This document shows positions 12,201 to 25,088 of a stretch of DNA of 63,627 bases, one piece after another (within the stretch, counting starts at the first letter, position 1; every line of letters starts with the position of its first letter). Under the pieces are notes generated by a model, which was not told where the DNA came from, made no database searches, and worked only from the letters and a program-made list of their open reading frames with translations. The position numbers and the translations under genes are program-made. Location: assembly GCF_000002075.1 (NCBI RefSeq), contig NW_004797543.1, forward strand, positions 558,632 to 622,258, in the 5' to 3' direction. Source of the stretch: Aplysia californica. Taxonomy: Eukaryota.

Positions 12201-12519
12201 TATTGGCATTGGTAAATTTAAATGAGCTTGATTTTTTTTACGTGGACAGACGAAAGTGAGCACGATATAATGTGGGCTACATTTACTACAGCATCCTTAA
12301 TTTTTCTCACAATTCTTCAGCCTTAGTAATGTTTTTGTAGAGTTTGAAAAGTATGCTAAATTGCCTACACCAATTTTTTTATAAAAAAGAGTATTTTTTC
12401 AATTCTTGATTTGCCTTCTAAAAAAATATTTTTACAATTTTTATTGGTGCTTTGACTTTATTTTTCTCATGCTAGATTCTAAGATGGATGTGTAACTCTT
12501 TTTTTTTGGGGGGGGGGGG

Positions 12520-13042
12520 GTTAGTGATTTACGGCGCTCACAACTACATAAGGTCATATGAGCGCGCGGGACACACCAAACATTTTCAGTTGGAAGGAAA
12601 TTTTGAATTTTGCACGGTGGCGGCCAAAGCCTACTTGTTTCGATTTTTTTTCCACCAATGGATCTTTAACGTACGCAACCTGCACACGGGACCTCCGACA
12701 TTTTTTTGCCCTTGTCCGAGAAGGCTAGGTGTAGGTCTTTCCTACCACAAGATCGTGGGTGTGGCGGAAAGACAGCAGCAAAAAGAAGCCATAGAGGAGC
12801 AGTAGAAAGGCTGCAGAAAAAGTCATAAGCAAAGAGGGGGGGGGGTAAAGGAGGTGAGGGGGTGGGGGCAGAAAGTTGAGACGAAAGCAGACGACAGAAC
12901 ATTGCTAGAGAGCAGGAAAGTGTTTCGAAGGAGAATATTTTAGAGAAGAATTGTTTTCCGACACTATCCGGATTCGAACCCGGAACCGAGACCTATTGAG
13001 TCAGAGGGGAACACCTTAACCTCTAGGTCACGAGAACCCCCC
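12520..13042 (-). mobile_element. tRNA-derived SINE with a Deu/Nin-like central domain
   Basis: tRNA-like head with ggttcgaatcc; core cggaggtcccgtgtgc...gttaaagatcc; same 3' tail as family X; second copy at 33790-34310. The domain name is from recall. Confidence 0.7.
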
Positions 13043-13162
13043 TTTCTAGTTACAGAGTTGAAAGTTTGAAAGGGAAGTTGAGCTCATGCGGCACTGTTCT
13101 GTACCTTCCTGTAGACATTTAAGTTGTTAACAGAATATTTACATTGTTCCAGGACTTATGTT

Positions 13163-13506
13163 GGCGTCAGTGGCCTAGTGGTTAGGCTCTCGGACTCGCA
13201 ACCGTAAGGTTGTGGGTTCAAATCCCGTCAGGGACCCGACGTTGTGTCCTTGGGAAAGGCACTTTACCCGAATGTTTCTCACTTCACCCAAGTGGGAATG
13301 GGTACACGGCTATAAACAGCGAAAGATCTTGTCAGTTTATTAGTGTTTGAGCACTTAATCAACTGCTGGCACTGTATGCTTCCCGGGAAGCTAAGAATGT
13401 TTCAGAATGTTCTATGGTCTGCTGGGGTAATACTATAGTGTAAAGCGCCTAGAGCTTGCTGTTGAGCGGGAGTATGCGCTATACAAATGCTATTTATTAT
13501 TATTAA

Positions 13507-13540
<34 letters not shown>
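13163..13540 (+). mobile_element. tRNA-derived SINE with an L2-like 3' tail
   Basis: A box tggcctagtgg, B box ggttcaaatcc, core gtgtccttgggaaaggcactt, tail tgtaaagcgc...gcgctatacaaatg(tat)n. Confidence 0.85.
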
Positions 13541-13541
<1 letters not shown>

Positions 13542-13582
13542 CATGGAATGGTTTTGATGGAATATAAAAAAGCAAGGCAACA

Positions 13583-13949
13583 NNNNNNNNNNNNNNNNNN
13601 NNNNNNNNNNNNNNNNNNNNNNNNNNNNNNNNNNNNNNNNNNNNNNNNNNNNNNNNNNNNNNNNNNNNNNNNNNNNNNNNNNNNNNNNNNNNNNNNNNNN
13701 NNNNNNNNNNNNNNNNNNNNNNNNNNNNNNNNNNNNNNNNNNNNNNNNNNNNNNNNNNNNNNNNNNNNNNNNNNNNNNNNNNNNNNNNNNNNNNNNNNNN
13801 NNNNNNNNNNNNNNNNNNNNNNNNNNNNNNNNNNNNNNNNNNNNNNNNNNNNNNNNNNNNNNNNNNNNNNNNNNNNNNNNNNNNNNNNNNNNNNNNNNNN
13901 NNNNNNNNNNNNNNNNNNNNNNNNNNNNNNNNNNNNNNNNNNNNNNNNN
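13583..13949. other. Assembly gap near the centre of the inverted duplication (one of many N runs)
   Basis: Run of N. Confidence 0.99.
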
Positions 13950-16900
13950 GAAAGAGCTGCGGAGCTGGCCTACCATAGAAAACTGCATCTCCCCTCGACG
14001 CTTAACGGCAACAGAGGATGAAAAAGAAAAAGAAAAGAAAGAAAGAAATAAAATGAAAGAGAGGTGGCAATCCAAGTCAGATATAAAGAAGTTCAAAGTT
14101 TTAGAAATGAAATAAGGAAAACATAATATTATGCTATCAGTCAAAAGTACCATGAAGTAGTTGCTTGCCAGCTTGGGCGCTATCACTCACTATTAAGTGG
14201 TTGATTTCAGGATTGTGATGGGTGGCGGGAATAACCCAGACAGTGGCAGACATCATTTTGTGTCCTACTTGGAAGTGCATGGAGGTCGGTGGTACAACAA
14301 CGCTTTAAGGTGGACAAAGTGGGTGCTAATTAATACGCTATAAAAACAGCATTAAAGGTTTTGGAAACACTCTTCTAAACAGATGGTAGGATGATATATC
14401 CATTGAGGGATTAACTCTTTACTTGAAAAAGGGAAGTAATCATTATAGCAAGAACTTTCAAAATCAATATTATTATACTCTAGGGCAAAATTGAGTAACT
14501 GAAATAAAACTTACATCACAATACGTTTTGTTTTGACTTATAAACAACTTTAGATTGTTGGTTTAAGTTATCTATCCATCAGACACAGTTATGTCTTTTT
14601 TTTTTTCAAGGCCATGATTTGGTACAGAGATAACGTTCACGTTCCAAACATAGGGTGATAACATAGAGAACGCCGAAAACTAAGTGGCTGAAGATCGACT
14701 CGGACAGGCGCCAGTAGGTGTCTCCCTGACTCCAAATAGAGGGTGCCGAAAGCCTAGATCTAGATATAAGAAAAAAATTATACCACAACACAGCTGGTAT
14801 TTATTAAGCATTTATTTGGGGATTAAAAAACTCGAAATCCCTAAACTATTGCTTAAAATGTAATTCTGCTTGGTTGCCACCCTAATTTGACGACGCTGAT
14901 TTAAAAAACGTAATTAGTTTTTGGCTACCGTGAAGCACCATTTAAAAATGCCCCCTGTCCAGTCGGGTGACGTCACGCAAACCGCTGAACCCGAGGTGGA
15001 GACGGCGAGAATGAATTGAGAGTTTGCGACCTAGTGCTTTCTTGTCGCATCTCCATTTTTAATAACAGTGAAAGCAGTTCACAACAAAGAGTGAGCTTAA
15101 GAAGAAGTCACATTTTCACTGTTAAAAATGGAGATATGACAAGTTACTATTGTTTTTCCATCCTCTGTCGCCTTTAAAGCGTCAAGGGGTATGACAATGC
15201 CAACGACAATCTTTATTCATCTCGTAGAGAGAAATTTGTCTTTGTCGTTTACGATGGCAGCGGATGTTACAAAGGTTAGGTGTACTCATGCATACGCACA
15301 ACAAGACAGAACATTAGTAAATACATGTCTCACGTGCAGAAACAACCCGCTCCGTAAAACATTTGGCTGTATTTTTAGACACATTTGAAGAGTTACACAT
15401 CCACAATAGAATCTAGCGTGAAGGGAAAAAAGTCAATGCACCAACCAAACTTGTAAATATAGATTTTTAGAAGGCAAATCAAGAATTGAAAGAAGACTCT
15501 TTTTTTATTATAAATTGGTATACGTAATTTAGTACACATTTCAAACTGTACAAAAACATCACTAAAGAATTATTACAAAAATTAAGGATGCAGTAGTAAA
15601 TGTATTAATTATAGCTTGTTCATTTTTTGTCTGTCAGTGTAAAACAAAAATCTAGATTATTTACTTTACAAATGCCAAGAAATTTTGCATGAGACTTCTA
15701 CAGGCCAGCGACCAAACAAATTTATTTTTAAAATATCTCCACCAAATAATAAAAAAAACGTTTTTCACTTTGAGCCCTAATTTAAAAACTGTTCTTTGGG
15801 TACATACATAGGATTGCTAAGATAAATGAGTTATATGAACCTAACCAACAAATTGCTCTTTTTGAAACAGCGACACCACCCAGCCCCTACATTTCAGAGT
15901 AAATTTGTAGATTTCATCCCAAGGCTGTCTCCATGTCTCTATGTGAGTCCTAAAAATTACTCACCCCGTCTCTTGAATCGTGTTTTTTAGGCTTATGTTT
16001 AGCTGGGGTGTTGAGGAAAATATGTCAACTTTGTAATGTTTTAGGTGTAAGCTGTAATACCCTTATCATTTTTTTACCTGCTTTAGGCTAGCATCAAAGA
16101 AAATGTGTTGGAACCTTAGTTTGCAGTGACCTTTTGTAAATGGGCTTTTAGATTCTGTCGGTCATCCAATCCAATATTTAGACCCGTAGGCCCATGCAAA
16201 GTCGAAGGATGTGAACAGAATGATTTCATTTTACCTAGTTTTAACCGCAATCAGACGAAAGAGAACAAGCTATAACTCTATACTCTATGATGGTAGAAAA
16301 TGTGCCAATAAAAATATAGAATTAGATACATTATATAAATATATTAATATATACCAAAAAATATTTTTAGAATTCTGATAATAAATAAGCCTAAGGCAGC
16401 ACATTAGCAAAGAAATGGATGACCACGGACATAATAGTATGTAAATTACAGCGTAATAAATAAAATAAACCGAAACCATAGTCCCCTGAACATCCATGTC
16501 AACAGTAAACAACTGAAACAGGTGAAGGAGTTTAAATACAGTATCTTGGCAGCAATTTTTTTCTGAGAACGGGTCCATAGACAGCGAAATAGAAATGCGA
16601 ACTCAAAAAGCCAACGCTGTCACCTACCAGCTCGAACCNNNNNNNNNNNNNNNNNNNNNNNNNNNNNNNNNNNNNNNNNNNNNNNNNNNNNNNNNNNNNN
16701 NNNNNNNNNNNNNNNNNNNNNNNNNNNNNNNNNNNNNNCCCCCCTCGGTTCTTCAGCACTTGCGAAGTCTTGGAGGAATGTTTATGAAACGTTGTGGATG
16801 GTCTTAATACAGTGGAAAACTGCATAGTAAAAAAGAGCACAGCTGATACTGATATCATTTGTAAAAATAGAGGAATTTTTATACACAGCTTTCTTTGTTC

Positions 16901-19763
16901 ACTCGGCAACTATAATGATACATGAACCAGCGGTACTCAAAACAGTGCACCTGAATAATGTCTCTAATACTGCCACTCCTACAACAGACAATTATTATGG
17001 CATTAGCCAAGGAAGAACAACATTTCACCTCTTTGTGGAGCATCAAAGAAGCAGTTCAAATCCCAGTCACTGTCTTCAAATATAGAGCAGAAAAGCAACA
17101 ATATGTGTACATTTGTAAATTATATCATTATACCGTAAGGAAATCAGAACTGAACACCCTCACGTGCTTGAGCTCACAAAATGCTACTTTAGGTTTTTGA
17201 TTACATGTAAAGCACCACAATAATCTAGACTACTTGTCTAGATACTAAACGTTTGAGAGCCCATCTCATTTCAGGGGCAATGTGCATGTAGGGGGAAGGC
17301 GGAGAACTGCTTTAAAAAGGAAAATAAAGTAACTTAATTTTTCATGTACATTATTTCTAAAAGCTTGCTTAGGTCCTCATCTATTCATCTTGTAAATCTC
17401 TTACCAAATAAATGGGATAGACTGTTTCTTGTGTACAGCCTTCGGTCCAAATGTCCTGAACATGTCACAATCCAAAGAACAAGGGGGCATAACTAGAAGC
17501 TCTTACATACACATTTAAGAGTTCCCTAATGGCTGGTGCAGTAGAAAGTATAGCAAATAAGGCCAGATATTGACCAACACGAGGTATTCAGTGTGTCTTA
17601 CAATATGGTGTTCATATACAGAAAGTTAAGAAACAAAAGTAAAAGTATAGTTGAGGTCTCCATTTGGAGCTCACTTGACCTACTACACACATCTGAGACG
17701 GCGCTCATATAATCTTATGCAGTTGCGAGCGCCGCAAAACCTCTACTAAAACAAACAAACACATCTGGGGCCTCCACTCTCTGTGGGGCCANNNNNNNNN
17801 NNNNNNNNNNNNNNNNNNNNNNNNNNNNNNNNNNNNNNNNNNNNNNNNNNNNNNNNNNNNNNNNNNNNNNNNNNNNNNNNNNNNNNNNNNNNNNNNNNNN
17901 NNNNNNNNNNNNNNNNNNNNNNNNNNNNNNNNNNNNNNNNNNNNNNNNNNNNNNNNNNNNNNNNNNNNNNNNNNNNNNNNNNNNNNNNNNNNNNNNNNNN
18001 NNNNNNNNNNNNNNNNNNNNNNNNNNNNNNNNNNNNNNNNNNNNNNNNNNNNTGTGTGTGTGTGTGCGTGTGTGAAAGTGTATGGGTTATTTAAGAGGCG
18101 TGGCCTCTGAATTTCACGTCCGTCTTCGATAGGACCGAGCCAAATGGGTTGAGAGCCTGAAAATCTCCACAAAATGATCAATGTCCAAGAGTGCTCACTC
18201 AGCCTAGGATTTGAACCAGGGCAGCACACTCCATAGCCCAGCATTATACCAACTGAGCTAACGGAGCGCCCAACTTGACTGTGCTGAAAACCGACGACAA
18301 AGTGGAAGAAGACGATAAAGATATTTAAGGCAAATGTATTATGCATAAGGCACTAAAGATGGTTTGCTGCAGAAAAAAAGGTCACAGTTTCTTCCAACAG
18401 GACAGGGCTGTGGACCAACAGGAAAGGCTTGCGGCGAAGTTGAGCAGTTGAGTGGAGAGAGCAGGTCGTTCGGTGCGTTGAGATCTTTACCGGACAGTCA
18501 TTGGAGTTTCTTTTTGGTCATTGATCACTTCCACATTTTGATACTCAGATTCTGAAGAACAAAAGCAAAGAAAAAAAAACGTTCACAAAAAACACAATTT
18601 GAGACTTAGAGCATGAGATCTTGGCAAGTTAAACTGCAACAAAGAAAATATCATGAATTTGGTGTGCTGAAATTCACTTCCTGAGGGATAACACTGTGTT
18701 CTATTAGTACAATTGCAGAATGTAAGAAAGAGTTGACAAAAAATTGTTTTTTAAAGTTTTAGTTTTAGTAAGTGTTTTACAGCCCTTACAATACAATAAG
18801 GTCATATCAGTGCTGAAGGATAGATGTGTTACAGGAGAGTAACATAGAAAAGAAGGAGGAGAGATAAGGACGACAGATGATAGATAGGAAAGAAGGAGCA
18901 ACCACACCAGAGCAGACACCAACCACCCACATTTTTTATGTTGGATGTAGGTAATTGAGGTTTCAAAGAAAGAAAAAACCCTCTTCATTAGTTATTTAAA
19001 ATGTAAACAGTTTCATAACGATGCGGTGTGGATTTCCAATTGTTTAGAAAAATAAAATATAAAATATTCTCAGTTTTATCTAGAGAAAGACCCAGATAGC
19101 CATAACTGACAACTGTTCTAGTCGGTCACTAGGTGTACATTTCCTGTTGACGGGCACAAGACCATAAAGGGACACAAATGAAAAGATCAGTAGGATGGAG
19201 TTCTTTAAACAGAAAAGCATGTGTTGAAGTTTCATAATTTAGGTGTTCATTTTTAAAACGTAATATCTAAAAATAATTATTTATCCAGTTGAAATTGTCT
19301 AAGACGGCTATCCATTGTAGAGGACAAAAGTGGACGACTTAGACTGGTGGATGTCTTACTCAGTGTCATTATCATGTTAAAAAATACAAATGAGGGGGGA
19401 GGGAGGTTGTACAGGTGATTATCATACATTACATACAAGTGGCCATAACACCGGGGGCCCATTGGCACTACTGGCTGGGTCAGGTCGGTTTGCTAGTCAG
19501 ATTGAGGGCACAAAGCGGCAATTGTGGCGCAAACAGATCGCCTGATTCGTTGCCTCAAAAACATTCATGTTTGTATTCAGGCGACCAGTTGGGTGGTCGA
19601 CCCGACCCAACCTGACCCGATCCCATCCGCAATGGGCACCCAGCAATAGAGCAGGTGTGACTATACTTGGTCACTTTTCTGGAAACCTCTAGAACTAGAT
19701 CTTCAGGGAACACTGTACGTGTATTTGCTCCTTGTCTAGCACACACATATCAAATACCCATCT

Positions 19764-20152
19764 CCCCCCCCCCCTGGGGGTGGTGCCACTGACTGAAGTG
19801 TCTTTAGGCCATTCCCAAAGGGGGGGGGGGGCATTTCTCGTTATTATGAACAGTAGAATTGTAAATGGGCTGATTCAACAATGTCACGCTCATAACCGGG
19901 AACTGCTGCTTTTTCTTTCCTCATCTTTACTTTCGTCATTTTCCTCTACTTTTTTGTATGTTTGTCACACTCTTGTGACCCGCTATTTCCGGGGTGCCTT
20001 GAAAGTCGAAACAGACTTTGTGCTGTTGAAGCTAGAGAGGTGAGCAGAGTAAGCCTTATTCCCTGTAAAGACTTCTCTGTTGACAACCACCCCTTGGCGC
20101 TCATATGACCTTATGCAGTTGCAAGCGCCGTAAAACCTCTACTATTAAAAAA
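19764..20152 (+). mobile_element. Family X SINE-like insertion specific to arm B
   Basis: Flanked by the direct repeat aaa(t/c)acccatc; empty site in arm A near 7805. Confidence 0.8.
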
Positions 20153-21099
20153 CACCCATCGTTGAAATACGAGTACCTTATATCTCAGTGATAAGTCTTT
20201 ACTTCAACATGTCAAGAAGTAGTCGGTGTGAAGAAATGGGAGCTCAGGGGATGAATTAGCCAACACCCATTGGATTGCTGAGGATTAGGAGACAACTGGA
20301 GGCAGAAGCGAAGGCAAGTAAAATTAAGAGCTGTAAGCTGTTCATTATCTACCCACATATTTTGCTTTTCTCCTGAGCTGGATCTTCAGTGTTTTACTTG
20401 ATTCAGTACGGTATGTGTAGACCTCAATTTAACTACTCGTAAATAAAATAGTTATCTTGGGTAGCTTACAAGGCTATATACTGAATATTACACAAAAAAA
20501 CCTGTCAGTCACCAATACTCAAAGCTGAAAGTAAGAAATATCACTTTCTTTATTCTATCAAAATTGACATATAAAACACAGCTTGCCAAAATGTTTCTCG
20601 ACATTTTACTTTTGAAGAAAAATCGTTCCAAGCTCTCTGACAGCCTATCAACTAGTTGTGTTCATTCGCCTTTCTCCCTTACTTAAATGAAGAAGTTATA
20701 CTTAGTGGAAGAAAACTGAGTGGAGAAGAAAGGACTTTCACAGTCTCCTGGCTATGTCATCAAGTAGCAAGTTAGAGCTTATGGCAAGCCAAGGCAATAG
20801 CGGCTCCATCTTGGATGGGACAGACCAAGAGATATTGTTGTTGTTGTTGTTTTTGTTGTTGTTGTTGTTGTTGTTGTTTTTGATGATGATATCGATCCAG
20901 AAACAGCTAGGCTCTCGCCCTTCTGTCCTAAGCGATGTAGTGATAAGTGCAGGTTTGCTGCAGTTTCTGAAATGTTCGACCAGGAGATAAAACAGAGTGG
21001 AAAGAAGTGCAAGGAGAGGAGAAGACAAGAGTGCTCACAAAGCATCCACAAAACCTGTTCATCCAGCAAAAGATGCGTTGTTATTGGCAAAATGGAATG

Positions 21100-21354
21100 T
21101 ATTCTTACGCTCATAAGATAATTGGCTAGTTCAGTTTTGGCCGGTTTGGAGTTTTAGGCTCTGAAATGAAGAGCAGAGTCAGCTTGGTAACTTAGTTCAT
21201 TTGGACAAAAGAATAATCCAAATATTAAAACAATTAAGAGGATCAAAATTTAGACGTTTGACAGAGTCAATTGATTGAAAGAAACAGTTTTTTTCCCATT
21301 TTCTCAAAGTGGCTACAAATGACTTACGCATTTCTCTTATGAGCGTAACGAATA
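21100..21354. mobile_element. MITE in the copy B 3' UTR
   Basis: TIRs tattc(g)ttacgctcataaga; absent from arm A at about 7134. Confidence 0.75.
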
Positions 21355-21370
21355 ATATATCCAAGAAGAC

Positions 21371-21529
21371 CTACATGGTTAAATAATAATCTGGGTCTTC
21401 CTCCCGGGGAGGGGTCTCGTTAATGTCCTCTTCACTCTCTTCAATATAGTCATAGACCTTCTCCTGTTGCTCAGTTATCTTTTTCTGTATCCCTTCCATC
21501 AGTGCATCAAAGATGAAAATGTACTGAGT
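21371..21529 (-). CDS. Copy B terminal coding exon
   Basis: [52 protein letters not shown]; 159 nt, same length as in copy A. Confidence 0.92.
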   Translation of the reverse strand, partial: TQYIFIFDALMEGIQKKITEQQEKVYDYIEESEEDINETPPREEDPDYYLTM

Positions 21530-24500
21530 CTGAAAATAAAATCAAGGTTGTCAGTCAGATCAAAATATAACTATTAACTCTGTTTTGCCTGGAAAAGTAT
21601 CCCGCCTGTGATTATCGAAGGCCTGTAAGAAAAGTTTTGTGAAAATGGGCATGACTGAAAATGAAATAACCCTCTTTATTATCTGGTGTGAAAAAGGCAA
21701 TGCTCTCTATTCGAAGTTGCAGAAGTAAAGGTTGTACATGCACGACAAAACTTATGCATTTGGGACGTCACATCTGATAAGGCGACCCTTATGGCGGAGA
21801 TGTCAAAGAGGGGGATTTGTCAGGGAACTCGTCGATGTGTATGGAGAAAACGTTCAGAGGAAAAAAGCTGGTGAACTGCAGATGCAGTTTGCTCTATTAA
21901 TGCAGGACAGAGGAATTTGGAAGACAAGTAGTTGAACACAAGCAGATGATATGTGAGAAATAGCCACTCTTATTTGTGGATATAGGAGGTATAAAATTGG
22001 CTAGATTTGTTATGCTTCTTGATCTTCCGGTATCATTCTTGCAATTGTTTAGGAGCAGCTTAGATACATGTACCTTAAGGCTTAAGGTATCAGTTTGATG
22101 GATACTTAAACCTAACCTAAGTTTGGACTGTGAACCTCACCTCCGTCTGCACCATACCGGGACAGTTCTCCCTCATCTTCATGACGTAGCTGAACACGTC
22201 GATGTTCTCATCTAGACTGTGCTTGTCCACGTACTGGGTCAAATAGTCCAGGGCGATAAAAGTACCAGTGTGACCCACACCAGCGCTGTGAACATCGTAA
22301 CATAGGGCAGGGTATTCATAACATAGGAGAGGGTATTCATAACATAGAACAGGGTATTCATAACATAGAACAGGATATTCATAACATAGAATAGGGTATT
22401 CATGAAAAAGAAAGACAATCTCTGCATAGAGAAACCTCTATCAGGGCCAACCAGGGCTGAGGGGGATAAAACATCCCTGCAGAAAGATCGAAATACTCTA
22501 TACAAATTTCACCCCATTTGGGATTTAAACTGCGGTCTCCTGCATGCGACAGTGAAGTATTTAAGCGCTACAACACAGATGCGAGAGTCATATCCGATCT
22601 GATTATGTGGATTAAGTATGTAGATTCCTTAATTGACCAACATGCTTCTGTTTTAGTCATGTGAGACAGCGTCTACCAACCTGCAATGGACGACAAATGG
22701 CCAAAAATTCGTAAGCGTGGCTTCCTGTCGCACAATTTGGACGAAGCCTACCACATCATCTATTGTCAAGTCGGCCTTGGCGTCAGTCCAGCCTTGCAGG
22801 GTAAAGTGGGTCAGCTGGCGTGTGTCTGAACCCTGAAATATATAATATTTATTATATGGACACATCACTGTCAGGAAAAAGGAATCGTGGACTAGTCTCA
22901 ATTCACAATAACTTTTAAGGAAGGCATTATTAATGAGTTTTAATTCCTTGCACTAGGGTTTTCAGTTGTATAACCTCTGTACCCAATTTTTTAAACTATT
23001 CTTGCTATGACAAGAAATAAAAGAGAGACAAACTTAGCTTCAATAACTTTCTAAATCTTGTGTGAAGTAGTTTGTGGCCACTGGTCATAATAACAGCAAT
23101 ATAACTATTGTAAGAAACAGAATAGTATAGGAAAAAAACGAGGAGCATACAACCCCTGTAGCCTTTACCAACCACTGGGACCTTATAAATACATNNNNNN
23201 NNNNNNNNNNNNNNNNNNNNNNNNNNNNNNNNNNNNNNNNNNNNNNNNNNNNNNNNNNNNNNNNNNNNNNNNNNNNNNNNNNNNNNNNNNNNNNNNNNNN
23301 NNNNNNNNNNNNNNNNNNNNNNNNNNNNNNNNNNNNNNNNNNNNNNNNNNNNNNNNNNNNNNNNNNNNNNNNNNNNNNNNNNNNNNNNNNNNNNNNNNNN
23401 NNNNNNNNNNNNNNNNNNNNNNNNNNNNNNNNNNNNNNNNNNNNNNNNNNNNNNNNTATAATTTTACCTACAGTTTAACTCGGATAGGTCGGACACAGAT
23501 TACTCGAAATCACGCATCCATAGAACTGTTCCTGCGGTCCCGTTTGTTTGTTTTTTGTTGTCTTTCAAGTTTTCTCAAATTTCAAATTCAAGTCAATTGG
23601 CATAGACCTAAACTATCTGACATAGGACAATGGCTGAAAAAAGAAAAATGTGTGTTCCAAGCCAATCTTTGTTGTTTCCCTTGATTCTCTGACACAGCCG
23701 ATGCTATAACACTGTTCACGTAATCCTCTAACTACCAAGGCCGTTTCCGATAAATTCAAGCTATCTGTGTTATACAGTATATCATCCCAAGTTGGCCCTG
23801 ACAGACAGAGTCAGAAGCGCACCTCATATATGATCTAAGTTGTGACAATAGGGGCGTAATACACCTATATAAAAGAAACAAAAAACCACAGTGCATACCT
23901 ACAAACAAGTAACTTACCATGGAGATCTGGAATTTACGTATGATGTATTTGTTGAACATAGAGAAATGAATCATCTTCACCCCAACACCTCCATACTCAA
24001 CAGATTCGCCGAGGGTCTCAGGCCAGTACGATCCCCCTTTTCCCTGAAAGGTTTCAGATGTGGAGAAAGGTATGAACTGGTCATGCACTGTGACCAGATA
24101 AACTCACTGTAGCCTGAGACACAAAGTCACTGATAGTGTATAACTAAAAGCAACAATCGAGCTTAAAGTAAAGTTGCACCCCCATCCCTATTTTCCCATT
24201 TCGAAAGTACTCGAAAAGACCTAGTATACAAACCAATGATCACGTGGGTCATATTGGTGTTGCAGTTATGTTTAACAGAGGAACAGGAAACGGTGTGCTG
24301 TGATCATCTTGATGTGGGAAGGCATGGCCGTTATACTTTACTTTGGCCACCATTGTTTTATTCCAAAAAGTGTACCCGGTACATTCTTTGGGAAGGTCAA
24401 ATCATCCCTGACATTATTTAATACTGTACTATGTCATTTTTAAAAATCAAGTATTCTGAGGAGTTTGGTGAGGTTTTTGATTGATCATGGTCCCTTAAAC

Positions 24501-25035
24501 CAAAATCTGCATTACTTCCATGCTATTTTATTACATATACTTCTAAAGTCTTCTCAGCCAAAAATATGGGTCGAACTATCAACACAGCTAGAGCTTCGTG
24601 TAACAACTGCAGGAACTGTGAGCAGAAAAATCCTTGCCCGTCAGTTGACCACCACTTCCAAGGTCCTGACCACAATAGTACCATTGATCTGTTGCTTGAG
24701 GGCATTGATTTGGTCAAATCCCAACCAAACAAAACCATATTCCTAGAGAATCCACGCAGATGTGGAACATAGGCTCTCTCCAAATACACACTGACTTCAA
24801 CATTTATCAGCCACATTTCAAAGACTTGAAACCTACTACATAAANNNNNNNNNNNNNNNNNNNNNNNNNNNNNNNNNNNNNNNNNNNNNNNNNNNNNNNN
24901 NNNNNNNNNNNNNNNNNNNNNNNNNNNNNNNNNNNNNNNNNNNNNNNNNNNNNNNNNNNNNNNNNNNNNNNNNNNNNNNNNNNNNNNNNNNNAGTCTCCA
25001 TACTATGTTTCCTAATGTATAACGATGGTGATGAA

Positions 25036-25088
<53 letters not shown>

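Larger units (their letters stand above)
90..12500 (+). repeat. Left arm of a large inverted segmental duplication
   Basis: Exons, introns, 3' UTR and intergenic DNA match the reverse complement of 14200-26080 plus 32134-32340, with many substitutions and indels. Confidence 0.92.
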
